Assembly (NCBI GenBank): GCA_030770535.1
Contig: JASVEC010000175.1
Location: 1 to 36,429 of the forward strand
Reading direction: 5' to 3'
DNA from: Batkoa obscura
Lineage: Eukaryota
DNA length: 36,429 nucleotides
Shown here: positions 10,716 to 21,303 of the stretch, piece by piece
Layout of the letters: each line of letters opens with the position of its first letter
How positions within the stretch are numbered: the stretch's first letter is position 1
The notes under the pieces: generated by a model
Seen by the model: the letters and a program-made list of their open reading frames with translations, nothing else
What the model was told of the DNA's origin: nothing
Databases searched by the model: none
Program-made: the position numbers and the translations under genes

Positions 10716-12157
10716 TATGGTCTTTAAGTCATGTAAATAAAAAGATATTATGCAAAAATAATCTTTTTTAATTATAAAAATAAGCTTCAAGTAAAATATG
10801 ATCCCTTTTAACAAATGAACAGATGGTTCGATCATTTAATTTAAAAACTGAGCTATAATTTTGTGATTTTTATAACTATTATGTTTGTATATCTATACCA
10901 TATTGTATTTTGTATGTTATTATCAATAGTCATAAAATTGAAGTAGGAGTGTTGTAATAGCAGTAAGATTAAACAGATTTCAATTACTATAAGTTGAATG
11001 TTATTTATAATCACTTTATCAAATAACTTTCACGTTTATTATCTAAGTATATATTCTAGAAGTAAATACCATAATGTTTTATTTTGTCAAACATAATTCA
11101 AGTAATAAATATATCATCAATTTAGATCTTCAACTAATAAGACTATCCTAAATTTTTTATATGCTTATTTAAAATTATTTTCTTCGAATTAATATAATCA
11201 AGTAATAACTTACATTTAGTTTATTTATTTAAAGAAACTATCAATTTAATTCATTGATTAAAATTCTCAAATGCTTTACTATATAAAATCTAAGGTTTAT
11301 AAACTAATCATATATTCATTATAATCAATTAAACGAAATAGAATAATAATAATTATAAGATATTATATATTAAAATAATTGAAGGATACTAAAGAACGAT
11401 AAGAGTTTTTTCATTTAATTAAAGTTATGAACTATAATAAATTTTTTTTAAAAACCTATTAGTCTTAAAGAGCTACAAAAATGTTTCAGTAGCCTTGAAA
11501 TAAAGCACGTTTTTAAAGGTGGACAAGATTCTAAATAATTGATCTAATTTAGTAAAATAGTAACTAATAAAGTACTGTAAAAATTAAATTAGGTTATTTT
11601 AAAACTAATTCACGTTATTTTGATATTACTATTTTATGTCTATAACTTTATATCTACCATTTTATATGAATTAGAATTATTAGATATGAGTAAGTTTAAA
11701 AGCTCAGTCAAAATTAAGAGTAAAATTTGAACCAAGCTTTTAAACTAATCCATATATATTAATTAAAATTCAAGTAATTATTAAAGTTAACTTAATAGAA
11801 TAATATACTTTAAATATTTATTTTTCATCCTTACTTATGCTTAATATTTAATAACAAAAAACAATTTACTTATTTTTAAAATAGTTACTATAAATGATTA
11901 TAATATTTATTTAAAGATATTATACGATTTTGAAATAAAACAACTGAAAGTATTTCTGACTATTTTTCATAAACTAGCCTAAAATGTAAATTTAACTTAA
12001 CTCCGAAAAAAATAAAGTTAAATAAAAGTAAAATAACGTAAATAAATTAAATAATATTTATTGTAATATTCTATGCGGGAATTTATATTAAGCAATAATA
12101 ATTGTATAAATACCACAATATTCACTATCTTTATCTATCATTTTTTTCTTATTTAAT

Positions 12158-13285
12158 ATGATTTTTATTAAATTATTTTTAATTTTAAAGTTTTTTAAAC
12201 TATCATTTAGTATGGTAGAAGAAGTGTTGGTACCAGATAGTACTTTAGTTGTAGAGGATCAATATATAGTAAAAATAAATACCACAGATTATTCAAAACA
12301 TATTGAGATGATAAAAAGTTATAACTTTACTTTATTAAGAGAACTTAAAGGTATCAATGGGTATTCATGTAGCGCTGATAAAATGAACTTGGAAATTATA
12401 AAAAATTTAAAAGAAGTTGTATCAATCGAAGCAGATACAATTGTTAAATTAAACAGGTTACAAGAAGACCCACCTTATCATTTATCTCGTTTGACTAGTG
12501 GTAGAAATTTTAATTCAGGTGATCCTTATTCTTATGATAGTGACGGTGGCTCTGGTGTGACTGCGTACATAATTGATTCTGGTATTGATGTCAATCATAA
12601 CGAGTTTGGAGGTAGGGCAGAATGGGGCACAAACATGTTAAGAGGGACTAAAGATAGAGATAATGTTGGTCATGGAACTCACGTGGCTGGTATTATTGGA
12701 TCGGAAACATATGGTGTTGCTAAAGCAGTAAAATTGGTAGCAATTAAGGTGTTTGATCCTTCCGCAAACTCTGCAAACTCAGATGTGATAGCCGCTATTG
12801 ACTGGGTTATTCATAATCACAGCCGTGGTCCCGCTATCATTAATCTTAGTTTATCAAGTTCTTACTCTACCACTTTAAATAGTGCTGTAGAAGGTGCTAT
12901 AAGAAGAGGAATTAATGTGGTTGTAGCTGGAGGTAATTCAAACGCTGATGCCTGTGACTTTTCACCTTCTTCAGCAAGAGGTGCTATAGTAGTTGGCGCC
13001 ACTACTAGCACTGATGCTAGGGCAAGGTATTCTAATTACGGGAACTGCTTAAGCTTGTTTGCCCCAGGTGATCAGATTTTATCAACTTGGCCAGGACAAA
13101 GTACTAGAAAAATGTCTGGAACCTCAATGGCAACTCCATTTGTTGTTGGGCTAAGTGCTCTACTTCTTAGTAAAGGTCAATCATCCTCTGGATTGTTGGA
13201 TTCCATAACTTCTATGGCACTTAGTGGTGTTGTAAGAGATCCTGGCTCAAGGTCTCCTAATTTATTAGCACATTATGACAGTTAA
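12158..13285 (+). CDS. Secreted subtilisin-like serine protease (S8A, proteinase K type) with I9 propeptide
   Basis: Signal peptide; catalytic motifs IIDSG, GHGTHVAG and SGTSMATP; oxyanion Asn in AGGN. Confidence 0.95.
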   Translation: MIFIKLFLILKFFKLSFSMVEEVLVPDSTLVVEDQYIVKINTTDYSKHIEMIKSYNFTLLRELKGINGYSCSADKMNLEIIKNLKEVVSIEADTIVKLNRLQEDPPYHLSRLTSGRNFNSGDPYSYDSDGGSGVTAYIIDSGIDVNHNEFGGRAEWGTNMLRGTKDRDNVGHGTHVAGIIGSETYGVAKAVKLVAIKVFDPSANSANSDVIAAIDWVIHNHSRGPAIINLSLSSSYSTTLNSAVEGAIRRGINVVVAGGNSNADACDFSPSSARGAIVVGATTSTDARARYSNYGNCLSLFAPGDQILSTWPGQSTRKMSGTSMATPFVVGLSALLLSKGQSSSGLLDSITSMALSGVVRDPGSRSPNLLAHYDS

Positions 13286-13432
13286 TAGTTTTGCATATTT
13301 ATTTAGAGTGAATGTATTCAATTTGCATAAAAATAAAGTTATACATTTTAATTTTTAATCAAAATGTGTTAAAATTTATTGTCTACTAAATATAATTAAA
13401 TGTATAAATGAAAGTCTTTTTCGTTAATGAAC

Positions 13433-13506
13433 TTTTTTTTGGCATTTCTTTCCACTCAATAGAGCTTAAGAGTGGAAAAAGTAATGAGACCAAAAAAGAC
13501 ATTTCT
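13433..13506 (+). mobile_element. Internally deleted MITE fragment
   Basis: ttccactcaatagagcttaagagtggaaaaagtaatgagaccaaaaaagacat matches the 3' two-thirds of the consensus. Confidence 0.65.
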
Positions 13507-13628
13507 AAACATAAAATAGTCTATTAAAGGTTTATTAGTTTAAGAATCCTAATTAGAAAGATCAAAAAATCAATTCTTATAGATAAAATTACAATCAATC
13601 ATTACTATTGATTATTTTTTAATAAATC

Positions 13629-14964
13629 TCAGTCATTTCTCCATCCAACATATACAGAGTCGGTTCGAAATCTAATGAAATTAATTAACTACTCGGAACT
13701 TGTATTATATTATTACCTTTGAGTGCAACTAGTTTTTTCCAAAGGAGTAATTTGTCCATTATTATATGCTAGTAGTCCAGCATGTGCAATCATTATACCG
13801 TTATCAATGCAGAATCTATATTTTAACATTATGTTTGTGAAATAGAAATAATTATTAATACCTTTCATCTGTTGCGAAAACAGAGCCTCCACGTTCACTT
13901 GCCATTATTCCAATCATCTCTTGAAGCCTCAAATTACAACCTACACCTCCAACCACCAAAACTTCTTTAGATCCTACATGGGCCATAGCTCTTTCAGTTA
14001 TTTCTACTAACATTGAAAATATTGTTTCTTGCAAGCTAAAGCATAAATCCTCTTCTGTACATTCTCCTTTTTTTAATTTTTCGATCCCAATAGATTCTAT
14101 ATAGGATAATATCCCACTGAAACTAACATCCATACCTTTCACTGCATATGGAAGCTCAATATATTTATTGCCTCTATTGTATCATATTTTTTAATTTTAA
14201 AATCAATCTAATGGAATAACTTTACTTTTTAGCTTCTTGTTCAATATTATATCCTGGACTAGGTGAATTGGATAAATTGATAACTCTAGCAAATCTGTCT
14301 AAACAATTTCCAACTGCAATGTCTAAAGTTTCCCCAAAAATACGATATCTTTAAAATTAGTCTCTTTTGAATATAATTTTTTTATATGATACCTATTTTT
14401 TGAATATGCGATTACTTGCGTATTGCCTCCAGAAACATATAACACTATGGGATTTGTAGCCCCAGTTATTTCTCGACCCATTTCAATGTCTATTTTATTC
14501 ATCTTGTTAGCTTTACTTATATAATATTTAAGCTTTATTTACGTCCGATACAATGATTAACTCCAACGATTGGTTTTTTCCATAATAATGATAAAGTACG
14601 CGCTACTACTGCAACTGAAATCAATGGAGAACCCATTCCTGGACCTTTATACAGTTATAATAATTCATGTTTATATATTTATTATACCTTTGGTGAAACA
14701 AATGACATCAATTTGTCTACAATCAAGATTAGCAACTTTGAGTGCCTCTTTCAAAAGTCCAATAATGTGTTCACGATGATGTTTTGCAGTATCCTTAGGC
14801 AAAAATCCTTGCCCAGGTGGTGTTATATAGGTATGTCTTAAATTGGCTAATATATTAGATTTGATCCTAACATTGTCTTTGAATGTGTGGCTTATAATTC
14901 CTACACCTAATTTGTTTGCTGAACCTTCAAGCCCCAAAGCAATTATACTAGTTTGATTTTCCAT
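13629..14964 (-). CDS. KAE1: tRNA N6-threonylcarbamoyladenosine (t6A) transferase Kae1/OSGEP, KEOPS complex, multi-exon
   Basis: [73 protein letters not shown]; last exon [13 protein letters not shown]. Confidence 0.95.
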
Positions 14965-15467
14965 TTCTAATGAATTAAAAAATATCTAAATTTATGAATG
15001 AGGTAATATTATTACTTTTGCAAAAATTTAAATTCAAATAGCTACAATAACTTACAGTGTTGAATTTTAGTTGCAAATGACTAGTCATTCATTATAAAAG
15101 AGAATTAAGAACTAAACAGAGTAAACCGCAATAAATATATCATTATCATAAAACCATCACTAGTAATTGCACAATTGAACTTCTACAGTTATATTAATAA
15201 GATTACAATTTATAAAAAATAAGGCCAAAGTATGTAAAAACAAGATTTTGAAAATGGGTACCATCTTAAAAAGATTATTAAATGAAAAGCATTTTTACTA
15301 CATTTTACCTTATAATTTCAAGTGTATATATTTTTTATAATAGCTTGATTGGTAATTCTAAATTTTAGGCTTAAAAATAAACAAGGTATTAAAAGAAAAT
15401 ACGCTTTTAAATATAATGATAAGAAAATAGTAAAATCATTATTAGTATGAAAAAGCTGATTATAAAT

Positions 15468-15565
15468 GGGGATATTTTTTTGGTTTCATTGCTCTTTCCA
15501 TTTTTTAAGTGCTATTTAAGCGGAAAAATTGTTAGTAAAATTTTTAAGCAAAAAAGTACATCCCC
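15468..15565 (-). mobile_element. MITE copy
   Basis: GGGGAT...ATCCCC termini; AAAT on both sides. Confidence 0.85.
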
Positions 15566-15759
15566 AAATACAGCTTTAATTGTAGAGTGTAAAGTTATAT
15601 GCATTTTTAAAGCAGTATAATTTAAAAAATGAAAAGCTATCAATTTTTTTATAAAATAGACAAAAATTAAATATAAAAGTTTTAGATTTAACATAAATAG
15701 AAGTTAACATAATTATTCAAAAATAATTAATAATCATAAATATTTATAAAACAATATAT

Positions 15760-15857
15760 GGGGCTGTTTTTTCTGGTTTCATTATTTTTCCATTTTTTTA
15801 AGCGCTATTTGAGTGGAAATTTGTTGGTAAAATTCTTGAACACAAAAATACATCCTC
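15760..15857 (-). mobile_element. MITE copy
   Basis: GGGGCTG...CATCCTC termini; ATAT on both sides. Confidence 0.85.
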
Positions 15858-16199
15858 ATATATTAAATATATAAATATATATCCATTTTATATTTAAAAA
15901 ACAATAAAACAATAAACAAAGCATACTTCAATTATCTATTTAAAATATTAAATCATGCTTCAATATATGCAAAAGACTCTTTAACCAATTTAATATTTAA
16001 AGAGCTTTTATTCAAAAAGTTCATAAAAAATTGTTTTAAAATTTAAAAGTTTTTATAAAATAAATAGTAGTTTTAAATACTAATCTTAATTTTTTTACTA
16101 AATATTGTAAAAAAAGTATAGCTGATGAACATCTTAGAAAATTTTTATAATAGAAAAATAGCTTTAAAACATTAAATAATATAGAAAATATTAATTAAC

Positions 16200-16668
16200 T
16201 AGTGTGAAATCTGGTACTCAGTGTTTGGAGTCAAGAACGGCTATTGCTGGGTTGACTACACTATAAGTCGAAAGGTCTTAGTTTATGTGACTAAGATAGA
16301 CTTGGATTATGAGGAATAGCACGTAATAGGTTACAAGCTATATAATACAAATAGAATAGACAATACTAATGTAAATCTATGTAAAATACTACTAAGAAAA
16401 CTTAGTGGCTTTATTAAATGTTCGAGATATCAAAGAATAGTTCAGTTAAAAAGCCTCGAACTACTATACTCTATAAACTCTTTTATACTCTGAAAAGTAT
16501 AGATATCAAAATGAGAAGATAATATTCTTTTGGATGGAGCTAGAAATTCTTATAGCAAATCAAACTAAGAATGTGGGATTGATTTTCTCTGAGCTCGAGA
16601 ACACAACAGTTTAGGCGATTATTATACTATAGTTAACCATAGGGCTGGCAAAGCGATATTCCACACTA
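16200..16668 (+). ncRNA. Candidate large structured non-coding RNA of unknown class
   Basis: GC-enriched, ORF-free island closed by terminal pairing (16200-06/16662-68) and an inner long-range helix (16250-58/16630-38), enclosing many hairpins. Most wobble pairs favour the + strand. Confidence 0.55.
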
Positions 16669-16820
16669 ATTCAGAAATTTATATCAAATTTAGTAGAAGT
16701 TCTACTAACTTATGATACAAATTATAATAAAACAATTCAAAATTATTGAGCCGAGAGTACTTTTGATTTTTAACAAAAATTTATTATGTAATTTAAACAA
16801 AGCTTTTAAATTACAAAATC

Positions 16821-16863
16821 CTTAAAAATTGGATAAAAAAATGAAATCAATTAAGACATCCCC
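16821..16863 (+). mobile_element. MITE 3' fragment
   Basis: cttaaaaattggataaaaaaatgaaatcaattaagacatcccc followed by atat. Confidence 0.55.
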
Positions 16864-16879
16864 ATATCATTAAATAAAT

Positions 16880-16976
16880 AGGGATATGCTTTTACGTTTA
16901 AGAATTTACTAACAAATTTTCCGCTTAAATAGCGCTTAGAAGATAGAAAAAATGATGAAGCCAAAAAAGCATCCCT
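16880..16976 (+). mobile_element. MITE copy
   Basis: AGGGAT...ATCCCT termini; AAAT on both sides. Confidence 0.85.
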
Positions 16977-17169
16977 AAATGTTTAACTATTTAAATTTTA
17001 ATTCAGCATTGTTCACAGATGCTAAAATTCAATTGTGTAATAACTATCAGTAATTTTTATAATCAATAGCTTAATTATTTATGCTAATTTACCACTAAGC
17101 TCTCAACTTTTTATTTTAGAATGAATAGTTACTGCACAAATTAGATTTAATAGCCTTATCAAAATCAAA

Positions 17170-17345
17170 TTTTGCAAGAGCACAATATTCCTTAAAATGT
17201 CCATATTTTTGAGAATTCCAATAAAATTTTCAATAAACACTACAAGTAATTATTGGTTAATTGTCAACCCAGCTTGCAAAAGTTTCAAAAAGTTCTAAAT
17301 TTTTTAGCCAATAACCTTATTTTTGCAAGGGTGAAAATTTTTTTC
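17170..17345. promoter_or_regulatory. RPL7 promoter: three TTTTGCAAG copies and an RRPE-like TGAAAATTTT
   Basis: 9-mer at 17170-78, 17273-81 (reverse) and 17321-29; TGAAAATTTT from 17332. Confidence 0.5.
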
Positions 17346-17427
17346 AATAGTTAAAACGAAATTCAAATAATTTAAAAAATTCTCTCCCGGTTGATAACTT
17401 ATACCTTCTGGTGTTCAATTAATTAAA

Positions 17428-18567
17428 ATGTCCAAGTAAGTAAACTATCCAATAGTTCCTAATACTAGATCTCTTTACTCCATATGGTTTCAGCGGCATC
17501 GAACTTAAATTGCAGTAGGTAAATTAGTTTTGAAGCAGTTTAATCTAACAAATTACCTGTAAAACTTAATACCTTAATAAGCTGGCTTCGGCTACTGTAA
17601 TATATTAAGTTACTCATGACTTATACTAAACTTGGTGTACGTTTCACCAAGGCTATATTCGGAATACTATAGTAGTTCCATATATAGTTGTTTACTGTAT
17701 ATCAAGAAGTGCCGCTGTCACTGCTGTTCCTTGCTATATGCATTGCCAGTTTTGAATGGGCTGATTACAGTAAAATACTAAAGCGTTATTATAGTTTCGA
17801 AATCCTCAAACCTGAATCTCTTTTAAAGAAGGAAGCTGCTCTTGCTAAAGCTACTGAAGAAGCCAAGCAAAAGGAAGAAGCTCAAAAGCAAGTAAGGATA
17901 ATTCATTGTATTCAATAATTTTGTTTAACTTGAAACTTAGGCTAAAAAAGAGCTTAACAAAACCATTATTGCTCGTGCTGCCAAGTATGCTAAGGAATAC
18001 CACGCAAAAGAACGTAGTGAAATTGCTGCCCGCCGTCAAGCTCGTTCAGTTGGAAACTTCTACGTTCCAGCTCAACCAAAACTTGCTTTTGTTATCCGTA
18101 CCAAAGGTATTAACAAGATTGCCCCAAAACCACGTAAGATTCTCCAACTTTTACGTCTTCTCCAAATCAACAATGGTATCTTTATTAGATTAACTAAAGC
18201 TACCAAGCAAATGCTTCAAATCATTGAACCATATATTACTTACGGAGAACCAAATCTTAAAACCGTTAAAGAGCTTATCTACAAACGTGGTTATGGTAAG
18301 ATTGATCGTCAACGTATCCGTCTTCTCAAGAATGAGCTCATTGAAAAATCCCTTGGTAAATATGGTATCATTTGTGTTGAAGATCTTATTCACGAGATCT
18401 ACACTGTTGGTCCACACTTCAAACAAGCCAACAACTTCTTATGGCCATTCAAGCTTTCTTCCCCAACTGGTGGATGGAAAGGAAAGAAATCCAAGCATTT
18501 CATTATTGGAGGTAACACTGGTGATCGTGAATCTCGTATTAACAACCTTGTTCGTCAAATGAACTAA
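17428..18567 (+). CDS. RPL7: 60S ribosomal protein L7 (uL30)
   Basis: Exons 17428-17435, 17795-17891, 17941-18567; motifs [48 protein letters not shown]. Confidence 0.97.
17436..17794 (+). other. Long structured intron 1 of RPL7 (regulatory RNA or hosted ncRNA)
   Basis: 359 nt versus about 45-50 nt for most introns here; at least five hairpins plus a GC-rich long-range 9-bp helix. Confidence 0.7.
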
Positions 18568-18771
18568 GTTATAAATAAAATAAAGTGATTTCATTAAAGT
18601 TTATTTTTAATACTAATTTATTAGTTGTGTTTTCATACCTTTTGATGTGTATATCTTATGATCTTTAGTATCAGACATATTCACAGCCTTTAAAATTTAA
18701 CTTTTGTATACAAATGAAATTTTATAAATTTATTAAAATTTAAAATAACGAATTAGGTTAGTAAAATAAGA

Positions 18772-21303
18772 TTATATTCGAAATTCAGCGACATGCTCTT
18801 CTCTTAATATATTTATCTCATCAATATGAACTTTAGATTTGTAAACGCAAAATGCAAGTTTAAGAAGTTTAGGGGTTTGTCTAGCTATCCGTTGAGGTAT
18901 AGATTTTAAGTAGTTATAAATTGAGGATGAGCTATTTAACCTTAAAAGATTATCCATATTAAGTTCAAGCATTGCTAAAGAAATGCGAAACAATGTTGCA
19001 TCTCCTTCAATTAAAAATACATCCCAGATTCTTAAGACCAATGGAAATGGAGCGCAGCTCGTAAAAAGTGAAAGAAACCAGTTAAAGGTAATGGCTCCAA
19101 GATCTACCCCTAACATATCAAAGTGGCGATTTAATCTAGGAAGGTACTTACTAACAAAGTCTTTTAACACCCTTTGATCAGCTTGAGAAACTAATAGGGT
19201 GCTAGTAAAGTATTCCGATGGTAATACGTGTTCAATAATAGCAGCTAATGTCCAAAAAACTTCTTCTTCAGTAGGTAATACCAAAAGTAGTGTTGCAGCT
19301 ATCAAATTCATACTTTGGCAATACCCTACTGAAGGATTATGAATAGAATAGGCTAATAGTATTCGATAAAGCTTTTCAACACCCTGACCTTCTGATGAAA
19401 AATAGGTATTATTTGGCATAGTTCTATGAATATCTAACTCAATTTGGGGTTTGAATGGTGAGGAAGATACAATAGATTTCATAATGAGTCCTTGATAATA
19501 GCCTATTTCATTCATCTGTGATCCTCCAGAGCATTCAAACCAGAGTTTGGCCCTAAAACGCGCTGGTATGCCAGCTCTGGCCAGGTGCCGCAATTCACGT
19601 CTCTTTTCTATGGATAATCTTGATATGACTAGGTTTTTACGTTGTGAAAGAATAGAAAATTTTGAACAAACTTTTTCTGAGCTAGAATTGCTACTTGGGG
19701 CTAAGGGATGCGGAAGTCGATTTTCGTTCTCTAAATCATTTAGCTCGTTTTTCAATTCGATTATTGGAGCATGCTGATCCATAAAGTTATCCCAACGCTC
19801 ATCATGGTCAAGTCGAGGTGAGTCATCTTTAGTATCAACAAATTGAGAGAGTAGTTTACTAACTGCAGGTAAGGTTGCATTTGCAGTATGTAAACCCTGA
19901 GTTGTAAATGATGATATTCCTATTGTAGGTGATGTACAATTAGAGTTTACAAAAGCTGGTTGTTCTAAATCTTTTCCAATTGGGTATGTATTGGCATGAG
20001 TAAATGGCGGAGAAGCAATAACTATTGACCCTCTTCTAGACCAGTACTGACTATTTGATAATGGTGTCATTTCAAGGTACATGTTTTCATTTTCTGAAGG
20101 ACTAGCACATAGTTCTGGAAGCTCGTTATTGGGCGAAAATTGGTCTTCAGTTGATAAATATGGACTGAAAGGTGAGTCAAAAACTAAATTTTGATCACTA
20201 TTGGTATTGCAAAGCTTTGAATCGAGATTCTTTTCTTCAAGGTTTTGAACTACCATTTCGTATCCAAAATCATTATTATCTTCAGCAGTGGTTGGTAGTC
20301 CATTTAAATGGTATGTTGGTTCTTGTTTAACATTCTGAACTCTAGTTAAAAGTCCTAGAGTCCATTCTGAAATTTTTTTAGAAGTACGTTTGGAATTTGT
20401 ATGAAGAGTTGAAGTCCCAGAGGTATGTGAATTTGTAAGAAGATTGGAGGCTAAGGTAATAGCTTTGAAATGGAATGGTTTAGGGATTGGTTGAGTTACA
20501 TTAGTGTTTTCAGCTTCTTTATCAAGGATAAATCCTTCAAGTTTATCATTAGATTTGGAACTTATTAGTGAAGAGTAAGAGAAGGTGGATGCATTATCGC
20601 TATCATAATTAGGAGAAGTAGTAGTACAGTCATTGCTAATCTTTAATGATTTATCAACATTTTTATTCAGATGTGAATTTTGATGCTCATTATGTAAATC
20701 TAAATTAAAAGAACAGTCACTATGTAAATCTAATGACTTTCTTTTATCTAAAAGGTCACTTAACAATCCTTTGCCCGGTTTAAATAATTTAGAAGAGTAT
20801 GTATAAATAGATTCTTCCTTTTCAGTTGAAGATAATATTTGTGAATTAATGGTCGATAAGTTGTTATTTTTAGAACGTGGTATCTTAAGCAACCCTGAAG
20901 TTATTTTTCTTTTCAAATTAATAATGTCTTCATCTTTCTGACAAGATTGGATATAAACGTTATTGAGCTCACGAGAAAGGTACTTGATTAATAACATAGG
21001 GGAGCAGGGTAGCCCAGTTAAAATTAAATCTAACTCTTGGTCCGGTATCTCAAAAATCTGAGCAGAAATTGGAATACGATAGATATTGCTGGAATCATTG
21101 GATCTACTATTATCCATAAGAGGTGTTTCATTGATAAATTCCTTGCCGTTTATCAAAACATCATGTAAATAATCGTTAAGACTACTCCTAAATTCAACTG
21201 AGCTAACTTCAATACGACATAAGTTTGGTTTGAGAGAATTCCAACTTTCCGATAATGGATGTTCCTGAGCTAATGATATTGATTCCGTGCCTTTAGTTGT
21301 CAT
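18772..21303 (-). CDS. TBC-domain Rab GTPase-activating protein, 843 aa
   Basis: C-terminal GIPARFRAKLW, IELDIHRT (Arg finger), GYCQSMN (Gln finger), WFLSLF, RIWDVF; Ser-rich N-terminal region. Confidence 0.92.
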   Translation of the reverse strand: MTTKGTESISLAQEHPLSESWNSLKPNLCRIEVSSVEFRSSLNDYLHDVLINGKEFINETPLMDNSRSNDSSNIYRIPISAQIFEIPDQELDLILTGLPCSPMLLIKYLSRELNNVYIQSCQKDEDIINLKRKITSGLLKIPRSKNNNLSTINSQILSSTEKEESIYTYSSKLFKPGKGLLSDLLDKRKSLDLHSDCSFNLDLHNEHQNSHLNKNVDKSLKISNDCTTTSPNYDSDNASTFSYSSLISSKSNDKLEGFILDKEAENTNVTQPIPKPFHFKAITLASNLLTNSHTSGTSTLHTNSKRTSKKISEWTLGLLTRVQNVKQEPTYHLNGLPTTAEDNNDFGYEMVVQNLEEKNLDSKLCNTNSDQNLVFDSPFSPYLSTEDQFSPNNELPELCASPSENENMYLEMTPLSNSQYWSRRGSIVIASPPFTHANTYPIGKDLEQPAFVNSNCTSPTIGISSFTTQGLHTANATLPAVSKLLSQFVDTKDDSPRLDHDERWDNFMDQHAPIIELKNELNDLENENRLPHPLAPSSNSSSEKVCSKFSILSQRKNLVISRLSIEKRRELRHLARAGIPARFRAKLWFECSGGSQMNEIGYYQGLIMKSIVSSSPFKPQIELDIHRTMPNNTYFSSEGQGVEKLYRILLAYSIHNPSVGYCQSMNLIAATLLLVLPTEEEVFWTLAAIIEHVLPSEYFTSTLLVSQADQRVLKDFVSKYLPRLNRHFDMLGVDLGAITFNWFLSLFTSCAPFPLVLRIWDVFLIEGDATLFRISLAMLELNMDNLLRLNSSSSIYNYLKSIPQRIARQTPKLLKLAFCVYKSKVHIDEINILREEHVAEFRI

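Noticed and set aside
16115..16165. CTGATGA...GAAA hammerhead-like core
   Set aside because: Stems I and II cannot form.
16530..16662. Short matches to RNase MRP (ATAGTTA, ATGGAGCT) and snR30/U17 (AACCAT, ATATTCC) motifs
   Set aside because: Wrong order and partner elements missing, so no family was assigned.
17745..17764. snR39/snR59-like C/D snoRNA ending GGGCTGA
   Set aside because: No convincing C box, and no rRNA complement I can verify.
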